Assembly: GCA_964447725.1 (NCBI GenBank)
Contig: CAYUUB010000001.1
Coordinates: 1-34,282 of the forward strand
DNA: 34,282 nt
Direction of reading: 5' to 3'
Origin: an uncultured Oscillospiraceae bacterium
GTDB taxonomy: Bacteria; Bacillota; Clostridia; Christensenellales; CAG-138
Shown piece after piece: positions 32,862 to 34,282 of this stretch. A model generated the notes under the pieces. It was given only the letters and a program-made list of their open reading frames with translations. It ran no database searches and was not told where the DNA came from. Numbering within the stretch: position 1 is the stretch's first letter; each line of letters starts with the position of its first letter. Made by a program: the position numbers and the translations under genes.

Positions 32862-34282
32862 ATGAAGCAAATCAATCGGGAGGCGGCGTATTGCTGCCCC
32901 GACCGGGCGCAGTACCGCGCGGGCGGGCATGTCCGCATCGAGCTGCACTTCGACTTTGGATTTCCGCGCGTCCTTCGCGTTCAACTGTATTTCCTGCAAC
33001 AGAGAATCGAATGTGATTGGAAACAAGACGGCGATACAATTGACATCGGCACACCGGACGTCGGTAACTACGGCGTGGCAGTCGAAACGGAAGCAGGGAC
33101 GTTTGAAACCGCGTTCGACGTGGTATCCTCGGTCAAATCCGTCGTTCGTTACGGGTTTCTGTCCGATTTTTCGCCGGAGGACGCGGATACGGCGGACGTC
33201 GACTGGCTCAACCGCCTGCATGTCAACACCGTGCAGTTTTACGACTGGATGTACCGCCACGACAAGCTGATTTCTCCGACGGAGGATTATCTCGACCCGA
33301 TCGGCCGCAGGAGCGCGCTTTCCGTCGTTAAAAAAAAGATCGCCGCCTGCAAATCGCGCGGGATGCGTCCGTTTGCATACGGCGCCGTCTATGCGGCGAC
33401 GGAGGAAACGTTTGCCGCGCATCCGGACTGGGCGGCGTACCTCCGCGACGGCGAGCCGATGCTGTTTGCCGGATGGCTCCACTATATGAACATTTCTTCC
33501 GGCTGCGGCTGGAGCAAACATATCGTGGACGAATACGTGTCCGCGGTCGGGGCGCTGGGCTTTTCCGGCATCCATATGGATACCTACGGGTTTCCCAAAC
33601 GCATTTACGACGCACAGGGGAAGCAGGTGCTGCTTGAGGACGCGTTTTTGCCGCTCATCGACGCGGCGCAAAAAGCCGTGTGCGTCGCCGACGAAGAAAA
33701 CGGCGTAACGTTTAACGCGGTCAACGACTGGCCGACGGAGAAGGTCGCGTCCGGCGCTCAGGACGCGATGTATATCGAAGTCTGGCCGCCGCACGATACC
33801 TACCGGGATTTATACCTGCTGATTCAAAAGGCAAAGGCGGTTTCCGGTAAGCCCGTCGTGCTCGCGGCGTACATGAAACCGTTTCAAAATGCGAAGGCTG
33901 AAATCGAGCTTGCGCGCGCCGAGCATGCGTTCCGGCTGGCAAACGCCGTGATCATGGCATCCGGCGGTTTTCAGCTTGTACACGGCGAGGAAAAAGGGCT
34001 GCTTTGCGACAGCTACTATGCCAACTATGCAAAGCTTCGGCCGGATTTTTGCGAAACGGCGGTACGTTACGCCGATTTTCTTGTCCGTTATGCGCCGCTG
34101 CTGTATGATGATGGCGGGATGGACGTGACCATGACGGCGAGCGGCGGCATCAACGAGGACGTCGTCGCGTCGGCGGACGGCGTGTCGTTTTCGTCCGACG
34201 GGCGCGCGGACGCGGTCTGGCTGATCCTGCGCGAATCGAAAAGCCGGGTTGCGCTGCATCTGCAAAACCTCACGGGGAACGA
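32862..34282 (+). CDS. GH66-like glycoside hydrolase (dextranase / cycloisomaltooligosaccharide glucanotransferase family), 3'-partial, no signal peptide
   Basis: This ORF is not in the supplied ORF track because it has no stop inside the window. By manual translation from ATG 32862 (AAGGAG 7 nt upstream) the frame stays open for 473 codons to the window end. NTVQFYDWMYRHD and GFSGIHMDTYGFP resemble GH66 signature segments (from memory, not searched). Confidence 0.65.
   Translation, partial: MKQINREAAYCCPDRAQYRAGGHVRIELHFDFGFPRVLRVQLYFLQQRIECDWKQDGDTIDIGTPDVGNYGVAVETEAGTFETAFDVVSSVKSVVRYGFLSDFSPEDADTADVDWLNRLHVNTVQFYDWMYRHDKLISPTEDYLDPIGRRSALSVVKKKIAACKSRGMRPFAYGAVYAATEETFAAHPDWAAYLRDGEPMLFAGWLHYMNISSGCGWSKHIVDEYVSAVGALGFSGIHMDTYGFPKRIYDAQGKQVLLEDAFLPLIDAAQKAVCVADEENGVTFNAVNDWPTEKVASGAQDAMYIEVWPPHDTYRDLYLLIQKAKAVSGKPVVLAAYMKPFQNAKAEIELARAEHAFRLANAVIMASGGFQLVHGEEKGLLCDSYYANYAKLRPDFCETAVRYADFLVRYAPLLYDDGGMDVTMTASGGINEDVVASADGVSFSSDGRADAVWLILRESKSRVALHLQNLTGN

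Noticed and set aside
1-34282. Genomic island / mobile element / defence-island context for the operon.
   Set aside because: I saw no integrase, transposase, tRNA attachment site, flanking direct repeats, restriction-modification, toxin-antitoxin or CRISPR-Cas genes, and no obvious compositional break between the blocks. A conflict-system role for the operon is therefore hypothesis only.

Overview
GC-rich, Gram-positive-type chromosomal window with strong GGAGG Shine-Dalgarno sites and lipoprotein lipoboxes, probably from a Clostridia/Oscillospiraceae-like anaerobe (inference only). Every credible gene is on the + strand. There are three blocks. (1) nt 2-17450 is a tightly packed 8-gene operon plus a possibly co-transcribed macrodomain gene. 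It encodes a divergent Hsp70, a minimal GrpE-like protein translationally coupled to it, a membrane-anchored J-like (HPD-less) protein and a Zn-ribbon/TPR protein. It also encodes two Hanks-type Ser/Thr kinases, one fused to TPR plus a long WD40 array, and two Clp/Hsp100-type AAA+ proteins. One of these is a soluble chimera: Clp_N + ClpB-D2-like AAA + receiver-like domain + FtsH-like AAA + M41 metalloprotease. I do not recognise this gene combination as a described system, so it is the main novelty candidate. (2) nt 17.6-21.7 kb is an ordinary CdaR-family regulator / GntP permease / MOFRL glycerate kinase cluster. (3) nt 21.9-34.3 kb is an alpha-glucan utilisation region. It holds a surface protein with four tandem CBM25/26-like starch-binding modules, a MalEFG-like ABC transporter, an intracellular GH13 neopullulanase-type enzyme, a LacI regulator and a second sugar ABC transporter. 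It ends with a GH66-like ORF that runs off the 3' edge and is absent from the supplied ORF track. I saw no rRNA/tRNA, CRISPR, transposase, integrase or prophage genes. The long minus-strand ORFs are Arg/Pro-rich shadow ORFs of GC-rich genes. All domain calls come from reading motifs by eye, with no database search.
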